Shown: piece by piece, positions 1-9,511 of the stretch
Layout of the letters: each line of letters starts with the position of its first letter
Numbering within the stretch: position 1 is the stretch's first letter
Source of the DNA: an uncultured delta proteobacterium
GTDB taxonomy: Bacteria > Myxococcota_A > Polyangia > Polyangiales > Houyiibacteriaceae
NCBI GenBank assembly: GCA_963699755.1
Contig: CAVOVB010000001.1
Location: 672,001-736,000 of the forward strand
Reading direction: 5' to 3'
Length of the DNA: 64,000 bases
Notes under the pieces: generated by a model
Database searches by the model: none
Seen by the model: the letters and a program-made list of their open reading frames with translations, nothing else
What the model was told of the DNA's origin: nothing
Position numbers and translations under genes: made by a program

Positions 1-351
1 CCCCCAAATCATGCCCAGGACGTTGACCTCGGTCATCTGTCGAACGAGCTCGTCGCCGTGATCCCAGGCGTGGCCCGTGTGAAGCACGCCAGCGTTGTTC
101 ACCCAGAGCGCGGGGGAGCCACGTTCAGCGGCAGCGCGGGCAACCTCGTGATGCGATGAAGGATCTCGGACATCCTGGTGCATCGACCAGGCCCCGCCGC
201 CGATGGCGTCCGCAGTGGCCCGAGCCGAATCCTCGTCTATGTCTGTCGCCAGGACGGTGAACTGCTTCGCTGCGAGGCCTTTTGCGATCTCTCGGCCGAG
301 TCCCCTACCGGCTCCTGTCACGACGGCAATCTTCATTCCCGGTTCTTGCAT
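1..351 (-). CDS. Short-chain dehydrogenase/reductase (SDR), 5' part; runs off the window edge
   Basis: Manual translation gives MQEPGMKIAVVTGAGRGLG...WVNNAGV...EVNVLG, with TGxxxGxG and NNAG motifs. Alternative start at 336. Not in the ORF track. Confidence 0.9.
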   Translation of the reverse strand, partial: MQEPGMKIAVVTGAGRGLGREIAKGLAAKQFTVLATDIDEDSARATADAIGGGAWSMHQDVRDPSSHHEVARAAAERGSPALWVNNAGVLHTGHAWDHGDELVRQMTEVNVLGMIWG

Positions 352-425
352 GCATCTCGGTGAGAGTTCAAGAGCTGGCGAAAGGCCTGTAGACACCGCA
401 GACGGGGGGATTTAGCATCGGCGCC

Positions 426-2528
426 ATGCTTCCCCGTTTCTCTCACCTTGCCGTGATCGCGTCTGCTGTTCTTTTCACCGTCGGCTGCGGCAACGATGCC
501 AGCAGCACTGTGGGGTCTGGGGGCTCGGGGGGATCCGCCGGGTCGGCGGGTTCGGGCGGCTCCGCTGGGTCGGCGGGTTCGGGCGGGACTCTGGCCCTCG
601 GCTGCGATCCCTTGACGCCGAGCTATTGCGGCTTCCCCTACCCCAACGACTACTGGACGGTCGCGGACGCGAGCACCGAAACCGGGCTCCGGCTCGCGCT
701 CCCGGAGGTCGTCATGCCCGCGACGTTTTACGGGTCTCGATCAAACCCCGATGCGTTCAACGAGATGGATGGTTTCTCGCCTGGGATCGCTGCGATGACC
801 CACTTCCCCGGCGCGACCGTCGCCGGGCTCGCGACGCCCGAGAGCATTCAAGAATCGCTGAGCGCGGAGTCTCCGACCGTGATCATCAACGCCAAGACGG
901 GTGAGAGGCTCGCGCACTGGGTCGACCTCGACGAGTACGTCGTGCAGGCGAAGCTTCGCGTGGACGCGAACGAAGACAGGCCTGACTTCACGATCGATCG
1001 CGAGCTCGGGGCGCTCAGGCAAGAGCAAGCGCTGATGCTGCGCCCTGCGATCCGTCCCGAAGATGCGACTCGATACATCGTGGCGATTCGGAACGTCCGG
1101 GATGGAGACGGTGCCCTCGTGGCGCCATCCCCGGGCTTTTTGGCCTTGAGGGACGACGAACCGTCCGGTGATGAGGTCATCGAGTCACGGCGCAGTCACT
1201 TCGAGGAGATTTTCGCGACGCTCGAAGAGGCCGGCATCGCGCGCGACGATCTTCAGATCGCTTGGGACTTCACCACGGCAAGCCGGGAGAACAACACCCG
1301 CGCGATGGTCCAGATCCGCGATGACGCCTTCGCAAAGTACCCAGACGGTGTGCCGTACACGATTGAGCTGAAGAATGAAGAGATCATCGAGGGAATCGCC
1401 TGCCGCCTCGAGATCCGCTTCGAGATGCCTCTCTACATGACAGAGGGCGAAACCGGAGGGCTGCTCAACCTCGGCGACGACGGTCTCCCGGAGCAGAACG
1501 GCACGTATCCGTACTTCGCGGCGATGATCATTCCCGTCGCCGCCCAATCGACGCCCTCGGGCCTCGTTGCGGTCGGGCACGGTCAGCTGGGATCGAAAGA
1601 GGGTGTTCTCGGATACCAAGAGATCATGGCCCAGGCGAACCTCGCGGCCTTCGGGATGGACCACAAGGGGTTCTCGCGGGACGACATCCCCACGGTGGTG
1701 GCAGCCATCCTCGGCGGAGACTTGTCGCTCTTCCGAAAGATCCCCGAGCGAATGCACCAGGGCTTCCTGAACTTCCTGATGGGGATGCGGACCTTGTCCC
1801 GGGAAGCCGATGGCGGTCCATCGACGGCACTGAATCAAGCGCTCGTGAACGACTGCGGCGGCGCGACGATCGACGGCTCGAAGCGCTACTACTTCGGGGG
1901 GAGCCAGGGCGGGATCCTGGGCGCGAGCATCATGGCGCTCAGCACCGACACCGAACGCGGTCTTTTGGCCGTGCCGGGCCAATCGTACAACCTGCTTCTC
2001 AACCGGAGCGTGAACTTCGATGAATACTCTGGGGAGCTGTACAGGAACTACGACTGGAACGCGCTCGACATGCAGATGAACCTCGCGCTCATTCAAGGGC
2101 TCTGGGATCGCGCCGAGCCGACGGGGTACTCCAAGTACATCCGGACCAATCGCTTGCCGGGTACGCCTGCGCACGAGGTGGTGATCCAGGTCTCGAAGGC
2201 CGACCATCAGGTGACGAACCTCGGCGCCCACATCATGGCGCGCACCATCGGCGGGGTCGTCAACCTCGCCCCGTTGATTCGACCGGTCTGGGGCCTCGAC
2301 GTCGTCAGCGGCGAGCACACGGGCTCGGCAATGATCGAAATCGACTTCGGGAACCCGGATCCGCCGCTCACCAACATCCCGCATTGGGCAGACACCATGC
2401 GGGACCCGCACGGACGCGCGACCGAGCTCGAAGCTCTTGGGCCCATTCTCATCGAGTTCTACGAGAACGGAACCATCTCGAACCCGTGCAATGGGCCCTG
2501 CGACCAAGACGACTTGGTCGGCCCTTAG
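426..2528 (+). CDS. Secreted lipoprotein with alpha/beta-hydrolase (lipase-like) C-terminal domain
   Basis: Lipobox TVGC, Gly/Ser linker, PYPNDYW and DGFSP N-terminal motifs, nucleophile elbow GGSQGG. Confidence 0.75.
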   Translation: MLPRFSHLAVIASAVLFTVGCGNDASSTVGSGGSGGSAGSAGSGGSAGSAGSGGTLALGCDPLTPSYCGFPYPNDYWTVADASTETGLRLALPEVVMPATFYGSRSNPDAFNEMDGFSPGIAAMTHFPGATVAGLATPESIQESLSAESPTVIINAKTGERLAHWVDLDEYVVQAKLRVDANEDRPDFTIDRELGALRQEQALMLRPAIRPEDATRYIVAIRNVRDGDGALVAPSPGFLALRDDEPSGDEVIESRRSHFEEIFATLEEAGIARDDLQIAWDFTTASRENNTRAMVQIRDDAFAKYPDGVPYTIELKNEEIIEGIACRLEIRFEMPLYMTEGETGGLLNLGDDGLPEQNGTYPYFAAMIIPVAAQSTPSGLVAVGHGQLGSKEGVLGYQEIMAQANLAAFGMDHKGFSRDDIPTVVAAILGGDLSLFRKIPERMHQGFLNFLMGMRTLSREADGGPSTALNQALVNDCGGATIDGSKRYYFGGSQGGILGASIMALSTDTERGLLAVPGQSYNLLLNRSVNFDEYSGELYRNYDWNALDMQMNLALIQGLWDRAEPTGYSKYIRTNRLPGTPAHEVVIQVSKADHQVTNLGAHIMARTIGGVVNLAPLIRPVWGLDVVSGEHTGSAMIEIDFGNPDPPLTNIPHWADTMRDPHGRATELEALGPILIEFYENGTISNPCNGPCDQDDLVGP
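534..587 (+). repeat. 27-bp tandem repeat (x2) encoding SAGSAGSGG linker
   Basis: tccgc(c/t)gggtcggcgggttcgggcgg at 534 and 561. Confidence 0.85.
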
Positions 2529-2533
2529 AGCGC

Positions 2534-3166
2534 CTAAATCCAGCCGAGCACGGCGCCGAAGACGATGAGGCAGGCCACGTCGAACCCGAGGATTGCGCCG
2601 ACGGTCACGGCTTGCCGTTTGACGGACGTCATGTCGTGCACCCAGTAGGCGACGACGAAAAACGGGAAGTAGCCGATTAGAAAGATGAGCCAGGGCGCGG
2701 AGCGGTTCCACCAAGAGTAGTCCCAAGTCAGCGCATTGACGGCGTTGAGCAGATACTCGATGAAGACGGCGAGCGCGCTGAAAAAGATCGCGAAGACCCA
2801 GCGGTTGGGCAGGCCGAGAACCTTGGCCTCCTTGCGGGGAAGCATGACGCTCGTGACGATGCCGAGAATTGCGAACATGAAACAGATCTCGATGTTCAAG
2901 CCGATCAGAATCAAGTACGCCGTCTCGCCCGGCGCAGCCCAGACAGGCGAGTAGCCGCTGAAGTGGAAGACCAGCGCGTTCCAGATCTCGTTGAACCAGT
3001 CCATTCCCCAGAGCGCGAGGCCGGCGAAGACGACGCTGTAGTTCTTTCGCCCGATCTGATCGTGATAGATGTAGAGCACGATCACCAGAAGCGGGATCAC
3101 GTACCACTGAAAGCCGGATGTATCGCGAAGATTGGAGAGCGCCTGCAGCGCGTGATCGGTGGGCAT
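2534..3166 (-). CDS. Multi-pass membrane protein of unknown function
   Basis: 210-aa ORF with about 6 hydrophobic helices; converges neatly on the upstream gene. Confidence 0.75.
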   Translation of the reverse strand: MPTDHALQALSNLRDTSGFQWYVIPLLVIVLYIYHDQIGRKNYSVVFAGLALWGMDWFNEIWNALVFHFSGYSPVWAAPGETAYLILIGLNIEICFMFAILGIVTSVMLPRKEAKVLGLPNRWVFAIFFSALAVFIEYLLNAVNALTWDYSWWNRSAPWLIFLIGYFPFFVVAYWVHDMTSVKRQAVTVGAILGFDVACLIVFGAVLGWI

Positions 3167-3319
3167 GAGCGGGGCTTACCATCAGCCGGCGCGCATCAGC
3201 TAGCGCAGAAATTGCGCCTGAAGCCGCTGGCCTGGCTGATCTTTTGAATCTCGGGGAAGTGGCGCTATTCTCGGACTGCGGCGCACGGTGGGTCGAGCGC
3301 CCGTTTCACAGCACGGTCT

Positions 3320-4717
3320 ATGTTGCGGTTTCTCTCGAATCGATGGTCTCTCTTGTGTCTGGTGGTTCTGGTCGCGGGAATCGGCGGTGGGGCCGTCGCG
3401 CTCGGCGAGCGCGCTTCCGATCAGCAGCTGCACGGCACCGAAACCGTCGACGGGAAGCGCCTACTGCGAGCGCCCGGACTCGACGACTGGAACGAACGTC
3501 AGCAAAGCCCGAAGAACAACCCCGGTACGGCCGGGCTCTTTGGCTCCGCCTTTCACTACGACTCGTTCGTCTATGACAAAGCCGAGAGCAGCCCGAAGGT
3601 GGCGGGCATCGTTCGGCGCGGCACCGTCCTCAAGGTGGGCAAGCAAGTCAGCGGCAACGGCTGCAAGGACGGTTCCTGGTACGAGGCGACACCGTTTGGA
3701 TACGTCTGCACTTCGCTCGGCTTCAATGTGAGCGACTCGCCAAGCGGCAATCGATATGGAGTTCCCCCGGCCAAGGTGAGCACTCACCTTCCCTACCAGT
3801 ACTCGCGCGTCATCACGAAGAGGGCGCCGCGCTACTTCCGCATCCCGACGGTAGAGGAAGAAAAGCAAGCCCGACGCGCGATGGAGAAGAAGGGCTCGAC
3901 GCCCGAAGTGGTCTCGACGCTCATGGAGGGGGACTACTTTCTCGCGCTTGCGGAGAAGGAGACTCGCGAAGCTGACGGCGCGGTATTCTACCGTACGGTC
4001 CGCGGCCGTTTCGTGCGCGAAAGCGACGTCGAGCTTCGCAACCCCGATGTGGTTCGCGGCGAAGAGCTCGGCCACGACGGCTGGACCCTGCCCTTGGCCT
4101 TCGTGTACGGCGAGGACCGAGACCTGTTCGACCTGAAGGGCGGGAAGGCAAACGTGACTGGTAAGGCTCAAAAGCACGGACGCTTCGCCGTCACCGAGGA
4201 GCTCAGCGTAGGCGGCGTTCTATACCTTGCCGGAAAGCCTGGCGCGGCGAGGCGCGAGGATCTGCGCGTGGCGCGGCAAGCCAAGCGCCCAGGGGACGTT
4301 CCGGCGAACGGGAAATGGATTCACGTCGACCTGAAAGAGCAAACCCTCGTCGCATACGAGGGCGACAAGCCCGTCTACGCAACGGTCATTTCGAGTGGCA
4401 AAGAGGGCTATGAACCGCCCACCGGACTCTTCGAGGTCCAACAGAAGCACATTTCGACGACGATGAACGCGACCGACCCGATTGACGGCTTCTACGAAGT
4501 CGAAGAGGTTCCCTGGACGCTCTACTATCATGGGGGCTACGCGCTCCACGGCGCGTACTGGCACACCGATTTCGGCAAGGTGCGCAGCCACGGATGCACG
4601 AACATCGCGCCGGTCGACGCGCGCTGGCTCTATTATTGGAGCGAGCCCGAGGTTCCCGCAGCCTGGCACGCCGTACGCTTCCAACCGGAAACGACCTGGG
4701 TCCAGTTCACCAATTGA
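3320..4717 (+). CDS. L,D-transpeptidase (YkuD domain), membrane-anchored
   Basis: WIHVDLKEQTL, ALHGAYWH and SHGCTN catalytic motifs; N-terminal hydrophobic segment. Confidence 0.9.
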   Translation: MLRFLSNRWSLLCLVVLVAGIGGGAVALGERASDQQLHGTETVDGKRLLRAPGLDDWNERQQSPKNNPGTAGLFGSAFHYDSFVYDKAESSPKVAGIVRRGTVLKVGKQVSGNGCKDGSWYEATPFGYVCTSLGFNVSDSPSGNRYGVPPAKVSTHLPYQYSRVITKRAPRYFRIPTVEEEKQARRAMEKKGSTPEVVSTLMEGDYFLALAEKETREADGAVFYRTVRGRFVRESDVELRNPDVVRGEELGHDGWTLPLAFVYGEDRDLFDLKGGKANVTGKAQKHGRFAVTEELSVGGVLYLAGKPGAARREDLRVARQAKRPGDVPANGKWIHVDLKEQTLVAYEGDKPVYATVISSGKEGYEPPTGLFEVQQKHISTTMNATDPIDGFYEVEEVPWTLYYHGGYALHGAYWHTDFGKVRSHGCTNIAPVDARWLYYWSEPEVPAAWHAVRFQPETTWVQFTN

Positions 4718-5447
4718 AGAGACCCCGCGCGAACAGTAGGAGCGCTGCACCGCCCGCCACGACGACGATGGCATTGCGGAGCCGAGGCCCATCGACGCGC
4801 GGAATCAGTTTCTTGCTCGCACGCAGCCCGAGCCCAACTGCTGGTAGCAGCGCGGCTCCGATGACGACCTCGTCCCAACTGACCTTGCCGGCCAGGGCGC
4901 GAACACTGATCGTGATACACAGACCTATTGCAAAGACCAGGCCCAGATTCGCACGAACGGTTGGGCCCGAGTCATTGCGATAGAGCAGCGCGATGGGCGG
5001 CCCGCCAATGGCCGAGACCATCGCCATGGTTCCCGAAGCCACGCCGGCGCTGAACTCACGGACGGCTGTTCTGCGGAAAGTCCCGCGGCTCAGCACGATG
5101 GCGACACCAACGATGACCATCACGGACATCAGGACATCCAGTGCGGCCGCACTGAGCAACTTGAGGAGGGCCACGCCAATCAGCGCGCCCGGCACACGAC
5201 CCGCGAAAATCCAGAGGGTGCTCCTCACCTCGATGGCGTCGCGTTCGCGAAGGACGATGGCGAGGGTCAGCGGGAAAACGACGAGCAGTTGGGGTACCGG
5301 CGCAAATAGAGGATTGAGCAGCGAGAGGACAGGCACGCTGAGCAGCGCGAAGCCGAAGCCAACCGTGCTGTGAAGCGCTGCGGCCAGAAAGCTCACCAGG
5401 AACGCGACGGCAAACTCCGGCGTGGCGATATGTGCTAGGGCTTCCAT
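4707..5447 (-). CDS. Sulfite exporter TauE/SafE family protein
   Basis: GFGFALLSVP and IGGPP motifs; about 8 TM helices. Confidence 0.85.
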   Translation of the reverse strand: MEALAHIATPEFAVAFLVSFLAAALHSTVGFGFALLSVPVLSLLNPLFAPVPQLLVVFPLTLAIVLRERDAIEVRSTLWIFAGRVPGALIGVALLKLLSAAALDVLMSVMVIVGVAIVLSRGTFRRTAVREFSAGVASGTMAMVSAIGGPPIALLYRNDSGPTVRANLGLVFAIGLCITISVRALAGKVSWDEVVIGAALLPAVGLGLRASKKLIPRVDGPRLRNAIVVVAGGAALLLFARGLFNW

Positions 5448-5477
5448 CGGCGGTGCTAGGGTAGTCAGGGTCTGATC

Positions 5478-6392
5478 ATGCGGCCAACCAAGACGAGCAG
5501 GACCCGAGACCCTCTGCAGAAGACGGCCAGCCGCGTGCTGGGGGCGGCCAGCAGCGCGCTCGACTTAGCGGTTCGCAATCTGGACAACGCCCGCCGAATC
5601 GCCAAGTTCCTGCGAGGTCGGCTGGACCTGGAGGTGCGAGAAAGCGACGTATTCATCTCGAGCTATCCACGCTCGGGTACGACGCTAACGCAATGGATCG
5701 TGTATCTGTTGGCACACGAGGCGCAGCCCGAACCAACGCATATCACGAAGGTCTCGCCTTGGTTCGAACGCTCGCTGGCTATCGGAGAGCTAAGTGCGTC
5801 GGACCTGGCGAGCTTTCCATCGCCCCGCGTGTTCAAGAGCCACTTGCCGAGAGAATGGCTGCCGGACGGAGCGCGCTACATCTATGTGGAGCGCGAGAGC
5901 TCGGATGTCCTGTTTTCGTATTTTCACTTCTACCGAGACTACCTCGGGTTCGATGGAACACTGGGTGAGTTTCACCAACGCTTCATGGAAGGACGCCTCC
6001 AGTATGGGTCCTGGTTCGACCACGTCGCCGGTTGGCGCAACCGGGCCTCTGATCCCGACGTTTTGATCATTCGCTACGAAGATCTGATCCGGGATCGCAA
6101 GGCATCGATCGAACGCATAGTCGATTTTCTCGATTGGGATCGCGACGAACGCTCCATCGACCGGGCCGTCGCGGAGAGCAGCTTCGATGCGATGAAGCAG
6201 CGCGAGTCGATCTTCGATCACGCGACGGCCCTGCTTCTCGAACGCGGCGTGAGCCCTCAGTCGTTTCTTCGCGCAGGAGAGAGCGGAGGTGGAGTCGACG
6301 CGCTAACGGACGAACAAGCGCGGGATCTCAGGGAGCATAGCTCGTCGGGGCGCCGACTCGCGATTCTCGGGCTGCCCGCTTTTTTGCAGTAG
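5478..6392 (+). CDS. PAPS-dependent sulfotransferase (Sulfotransfer_1-like)
   Basis: SYPRSGTT 5'-PSB motif, FKSHLP, YGSWFDHV, RYEDL. Confidence 0.9.
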   Translation: MRPTKTSRTRDPLQKTASRVLGAASSALDLAVRNLDNARRIAKFLRGRLDLEVRESDVFISSYPRSGTTLTQWIVYLLAHEAQPEPTHITKVSPWFERSLAIGELSASDLASFPSPRVFKSHLPREWLPDGARYIYVERESSDVLFSYFHFYRDYLGFDGTLGEFHQRFMEGRLQYGSWFDHVAGWRNRASDPDVLIIRYEDLIRDRKASIERIVDFLDWDRDERSIDRAVAESSFDAMKQRESIFDHATALLLERGVSPQSFLRAGESGGGVDALTDEQARDLREHSSSGRRLAILGLPAFLQ

Positions 6393-7251
6393 CTGGGCGG
6401 GCGGAGGTGTCGACGACGAACTGAAGGAAGCTCTCAGGAGTGCCCGGGTCGTCCCCAGTGAGATGGAGATACGCGCGCGCAAGCTTGCCGATCAGACGGC
6501 GATAGCCTCTGACCGCGGGCGATGCGGCGTCGCTGTAGAGCTTTCGGACTGCGTTTTCTCGGGTCCCGAGGAGGAGGCGATCGGCCGGCTCGCGGCAGAG
6601 GTAAGGACACGCGCGCGGCCGCTGCGGATTCAGGGTCCGTCCGCCAATCGTATACGCAAAGGTCACTTGGTCGCCGAAACGATTGCGGTAGAGTCGATCG
6701 AAATAGGTTTCGTCGTAGGTGCAGGCAGACAAGGCCCAACCGACCTTCAATGCTGCGCCACGGGAACGCATGATTTCGGTCTGCACCAGTTGCTGTGCCA
6801 CGTAACCGTTTTCGATCTCGAGGGCCTCCTGCTTTCGCTCGACCTCGGCGGCCGGTGCCAAGGAAGACGAACGATGGATGTCCACGGGGAAACCAAAGCG
6901 ATCGATCAGTGCCTCGAGCGGCGCCTGTGCAAGCGAAGCAGCGCGATGCACGTCGAGCCTCGGGACGCCGGCGTCGCAAGCGTTGCTATCGGCGATGAGG
7001 ATGGAGCTCTTGGCGAGCCCGAGCTCCCTCCGCACCATCTCTTGCGCGAAGACTAGAATCAGCACGTCGATCGGGAGACCGCAGCTCGCCTCACCGGCAG
7101 CAACCCCGACGCCGAACCAAGTCGATGTCGTCGACTCGAGTGCCTGGGCGGAGATCACAGGCTCGTATTGCCGCCGAGCGAAAAGCTCTTGGCGGTTTGC
7201 TAGCGAAGCTAGACGCTCCCCCGAATAATCTGTCCCTACTTGGCTGCTCAT
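6328..7251 (-). CDS. Hypothetical protein, possible class Ic aminoacyl-tRNA-synthetase/CDPS-like Rossmann fold
   Basis: 307-aa ORF with ILIADSNA, KVGW, DETYFD and RPRACPY segments; 3' end overlaps the sulfotransferase by 65 bp. Confidence 0.6.
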   Translation of the reverse strand: MSSQVGTDYSGERLASLANRQELFARRQYEPVISAQALESTTSTWFGVGVAAGEASCGLPIDVLILVFAQEMVRRELGLAKSSILIADSNACDAGVPRLDVHRAASLAQAPLEALIDRFGFPVDIHRSSSLAPAAEVERKQEALEIENGYVAQQLVQTEIMRSRGAALKVGWALSACTYDETYFDRLYRNRFGDQVTFAYTIGGRTLNPQRPRACPYLCREPADRLLLGTRENAVRKLYSDAASPAVRGYRRLIGKLARAYLHLTGDDPGTPESFLQFVVDTSARPATAKKRAARESRVGAPTSYAP

Positions 7252-7384
7252 CAGGCGTTTCGCGGTGCGTCCCGAGGAACTACCCTAGCGGACAAGGCCC
7301 AGGCTCGCAAAACCTTTGAAGGCGCGAAACGGCTAGGACACTTGCGCCGATAAGTTGGAATGATCACGCCCTAGCGGCATCCTG

Positions 7385-8767
7385 TTGTATGCTTGGGAGA
7401 ACCGCTTGAGATTCCTCGCCAGTTTTTTAGCCCTCGCTAGCTTCCTCGCGCTCGCCGCTGCCTTGCAGTCGAGCCATGCGCAGGACACACCCTGGAAGCG
7501 GCGCCTTCGCATGGGGGTGGTGCTGAACGAGTCCGCAGACGGTCCGCCGGAAGACAGAAGGGGTTCTCTGACTGCCGACGAGATGCGCCGTCTTGCTCTG
7601 CGTCCACGAGGGAGCGGCCTGGCCGATTTGTCGTACTGGCCGGAGGAGCCCGGCTCGCCGGCAAGTGTGAGGACGAGCGACCTCGCGGCGGCAATGACTC
7701 AGCTCTGCCCAGCATCGGTGAAAGCCAGCGAGCTCGAGCGATACGCCGCCGCCATCGTTCGATACAGCCAGGAGTTCGCCGTCGACCCGTGGCTGCTTGC
7801 CGCACTCGTCTACACGCAAAGCAATTGTGACCACCAGAGCAGCAACAGCTACGGCACAGGCCTCGCGTTGATCAACCAGGGGATGCATGCAGCCAACATC
7901 AGAGATGGGGTCTACCGCTTCGGCGCCTGGACGGACAAAGGCTGGACCCGCAAGGAGCTCGACGTAGGCGCCTTTCCGTTTCGCCGTGAGGCGCTCGCGC
8001 GCCCAGAGCCCAACATCTACTTCGCGGCCGCTTTCCTCCATGTGTTCGGCCAGCAGTGCCCACAGATCGACCGAGCCTTCGACTCTGCGCCTCACCGCCA
8101 CTCGGTCTCGCATTTCATCTGGGGCGATCGCGTCAGCGACGCGGGCCCCGAGGATCGGATTCTCACGGCGCGGCGCCGTCTCCTGAGCAGCCACGCACTA
8201 CTGAATCGCGGGGGCCAGTCGCGCATCGGCATCTCATTCGTGAGCCCGCTCGATGGCTATCCGCGGATCGCGATCAGCGGCCTTGGCGAGCCGCGCGACA
8301 ACGGGCGCCGAACCCATCGCGGCATCGACTTCGCATCCGAGGAGGGCGAGCCCGTTCGCTCCATCGCAGCTGGCGTCGTGACGTTCGCTGGTGTGGACTG
8401 GGAACGCCGCGCGCAGATCCCGCTCGAGCCCTGGGGCGCCGTGCTCGTCCACGGGAGGCACATGGGCCCACGTGGATTGTTCATTGAAGTGGATCACGGC
8501 AACGGCTTGGTGTCGCTCTATGCGCACCTTGCGAGTTACGATATCCATGTCGGCGATCGCGTGGAAGCGGGCCAGCGGCTCGGCGAAGTCGGCCGCACCG
8601 GAATCAAGGATTCCGGCGCCCATCTTCACTTCGGGCTATTCCAGGACGGCCAGGTTCTGGACCCGCTGGATCACTTGGCGGCCTTTGTCTTCCCGCCGAA
8701 TCTCACCAATCGGGGCCACGCGGAGCTCGCAAAGCATCACCGGCCGAAGCGCTACCGACGCCGCTGA
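7385..8767 (+). CDS. M23 family metallopeptidase with N-terminal degenerate lytic-transglycosylase-like domain
   Basis: M23 motifs HRGIDF, YAHL, HLHF; SLT-like VDPWLLAALVYTQS and PEPNIYFAAAFL; signal peptide. Start uncertain. Confidence 0.8.
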   Translation: MYAWENRLRFLASFLALASFLALAAALQSSHAQDTPWKRRLRMGVVLNESADGPPEDRRGSLTADEMRRLALRPRGSGLADLSYWPEEPGSPASVRTSDLAAAMTQLCPASVKASELERYAAAIVRYSQEFAVDPWLLAALVYTQSNCDHQSSNSYGTGLALINQGMHAANIRDGVYRFGAWTDKGWTRKELDVGAFPFRREALARPEPNIYFAAAFLHVFGQQCPQIDRAFDSAPHRHSVSHFIWGDRVSDAGPEDRILTARRRLLSSHALLNRGGQSRIGISFVSPLDGYPRIAISGLGEPRDNGRRTHRGIDFASEEGEPVRSIAAGVVTFAGVDWERRAQIPLEPWGAVLVHGRHMGPRGLFIEVDHGNGLVSLYAHLASYDIHVGDRVEAGQRLGEVGRTGIKDSGAHLHFGLFQDGQVLDPLDHLAAFVFPPNLTNRGHAELAKHHRPKRYRRR

Positions 8768-8828
8768 GCACTGCTGTGGGGCGAAGCCCCTTGGTCGACG
8801 CAAAGGGTCGAGTTGACGGAGTCGATAA

Positions 8829-9461
8829 CTAGGGACAGGACCGTGGGTCCGGCCACTTTTCGAAGATCAGCTCAATCGCCTGCTGAGCCTTGGTCATCGC
8901 ATCTCCGCCTGATCCGACGACCGACTGTGCGAGGCCGGCAAAAATGAGATCCGGCGTCGCATCGCCAACGGGTGGGAGGCCAATGGGAACCAGTAAGCTG
9001 CCCACGTCATATTCGACGTAGGTCGGAACCCAGTAGGCGCAGGAGTCCCAGTACCAGCCCCAATAGCCCCACCACCAGCCGCCGACGCATTCGTAATAGT
9101 AGCCGCCTTCAGTCTCGCGTGAGACACCGTTTGCCGCCCAGAGGTCAGGCTGGTTTTCGTCGGTCACGTCATCGGGGTCGATGAAGGTCAGACAGACGGG
9201 TTCAGCCTGCATGGCCTCCACGATCAAGTCATTGACCATGTCGTTGAAAGCCTCTTGATCGGCATCGAGGTCCGGGAGGCGGTCGGGCGGGACGATGTCC
9301 GAGGTCACGACGCTAAACTTCTTCGCCTTTTTAAAATCGTCGAGGTTGTCTCGGTTCCATTGAACATCGACCGAGCCTGTCTGGACCACGGTGCTATCGG
9401 CACAGCTCAGAACGAACAACGCCGCAGCAGCAAGAAGAACGAAACGCAAGTGACGAATCAT
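8829..9461 (-). CDS. Lipoprotein, DUF4136-like
   Basis: Lipobox VLSC; Trp/Gly/Tyr-rich GGWWWGYWGWY segment followed by YDVGSL. Confidence 0.6.
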   Translation of the reverse strand: MIRHLRFVLLAAAALFVLSCADSTVVQTGSVDVQWNRDNLDDFKKAKKFSVVTSDIVPPDRLPDLDADQEAFNDMVNDLIVEAMQAEPVCLTFIDPDDVTDENQPDLWAANGVSRETEGGYYYECVGGWWWGYWGWYWDSCAYWVPTYVEYDVGSLLVPIGLPPVGDATPDLIFAGLAQSVVGSGGDAMTKAQQAIELIFEKWPDPRSCP

Positions 9462-9511
9462 GAAGATCTCCTATCGCCGCCGAGATAGCACGGTCCGCCA
9501 GGGCATCAATT

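Noticed and set aside
1185..3182. 665-aa minus-strand ORF (likewise 29138-31150, 24853-26196, 51840-53081, 62415-63800)
   Set aside because: Shadow or alternative-frame ORFs over well-supported genes, common in high-GC DNA; no recognisable motifs.
8778..8790. GGGG-CGAAG-CCCC hairpin as an intrinsic terminator
   Set aside because: Short stem with no U-tract on either strand.
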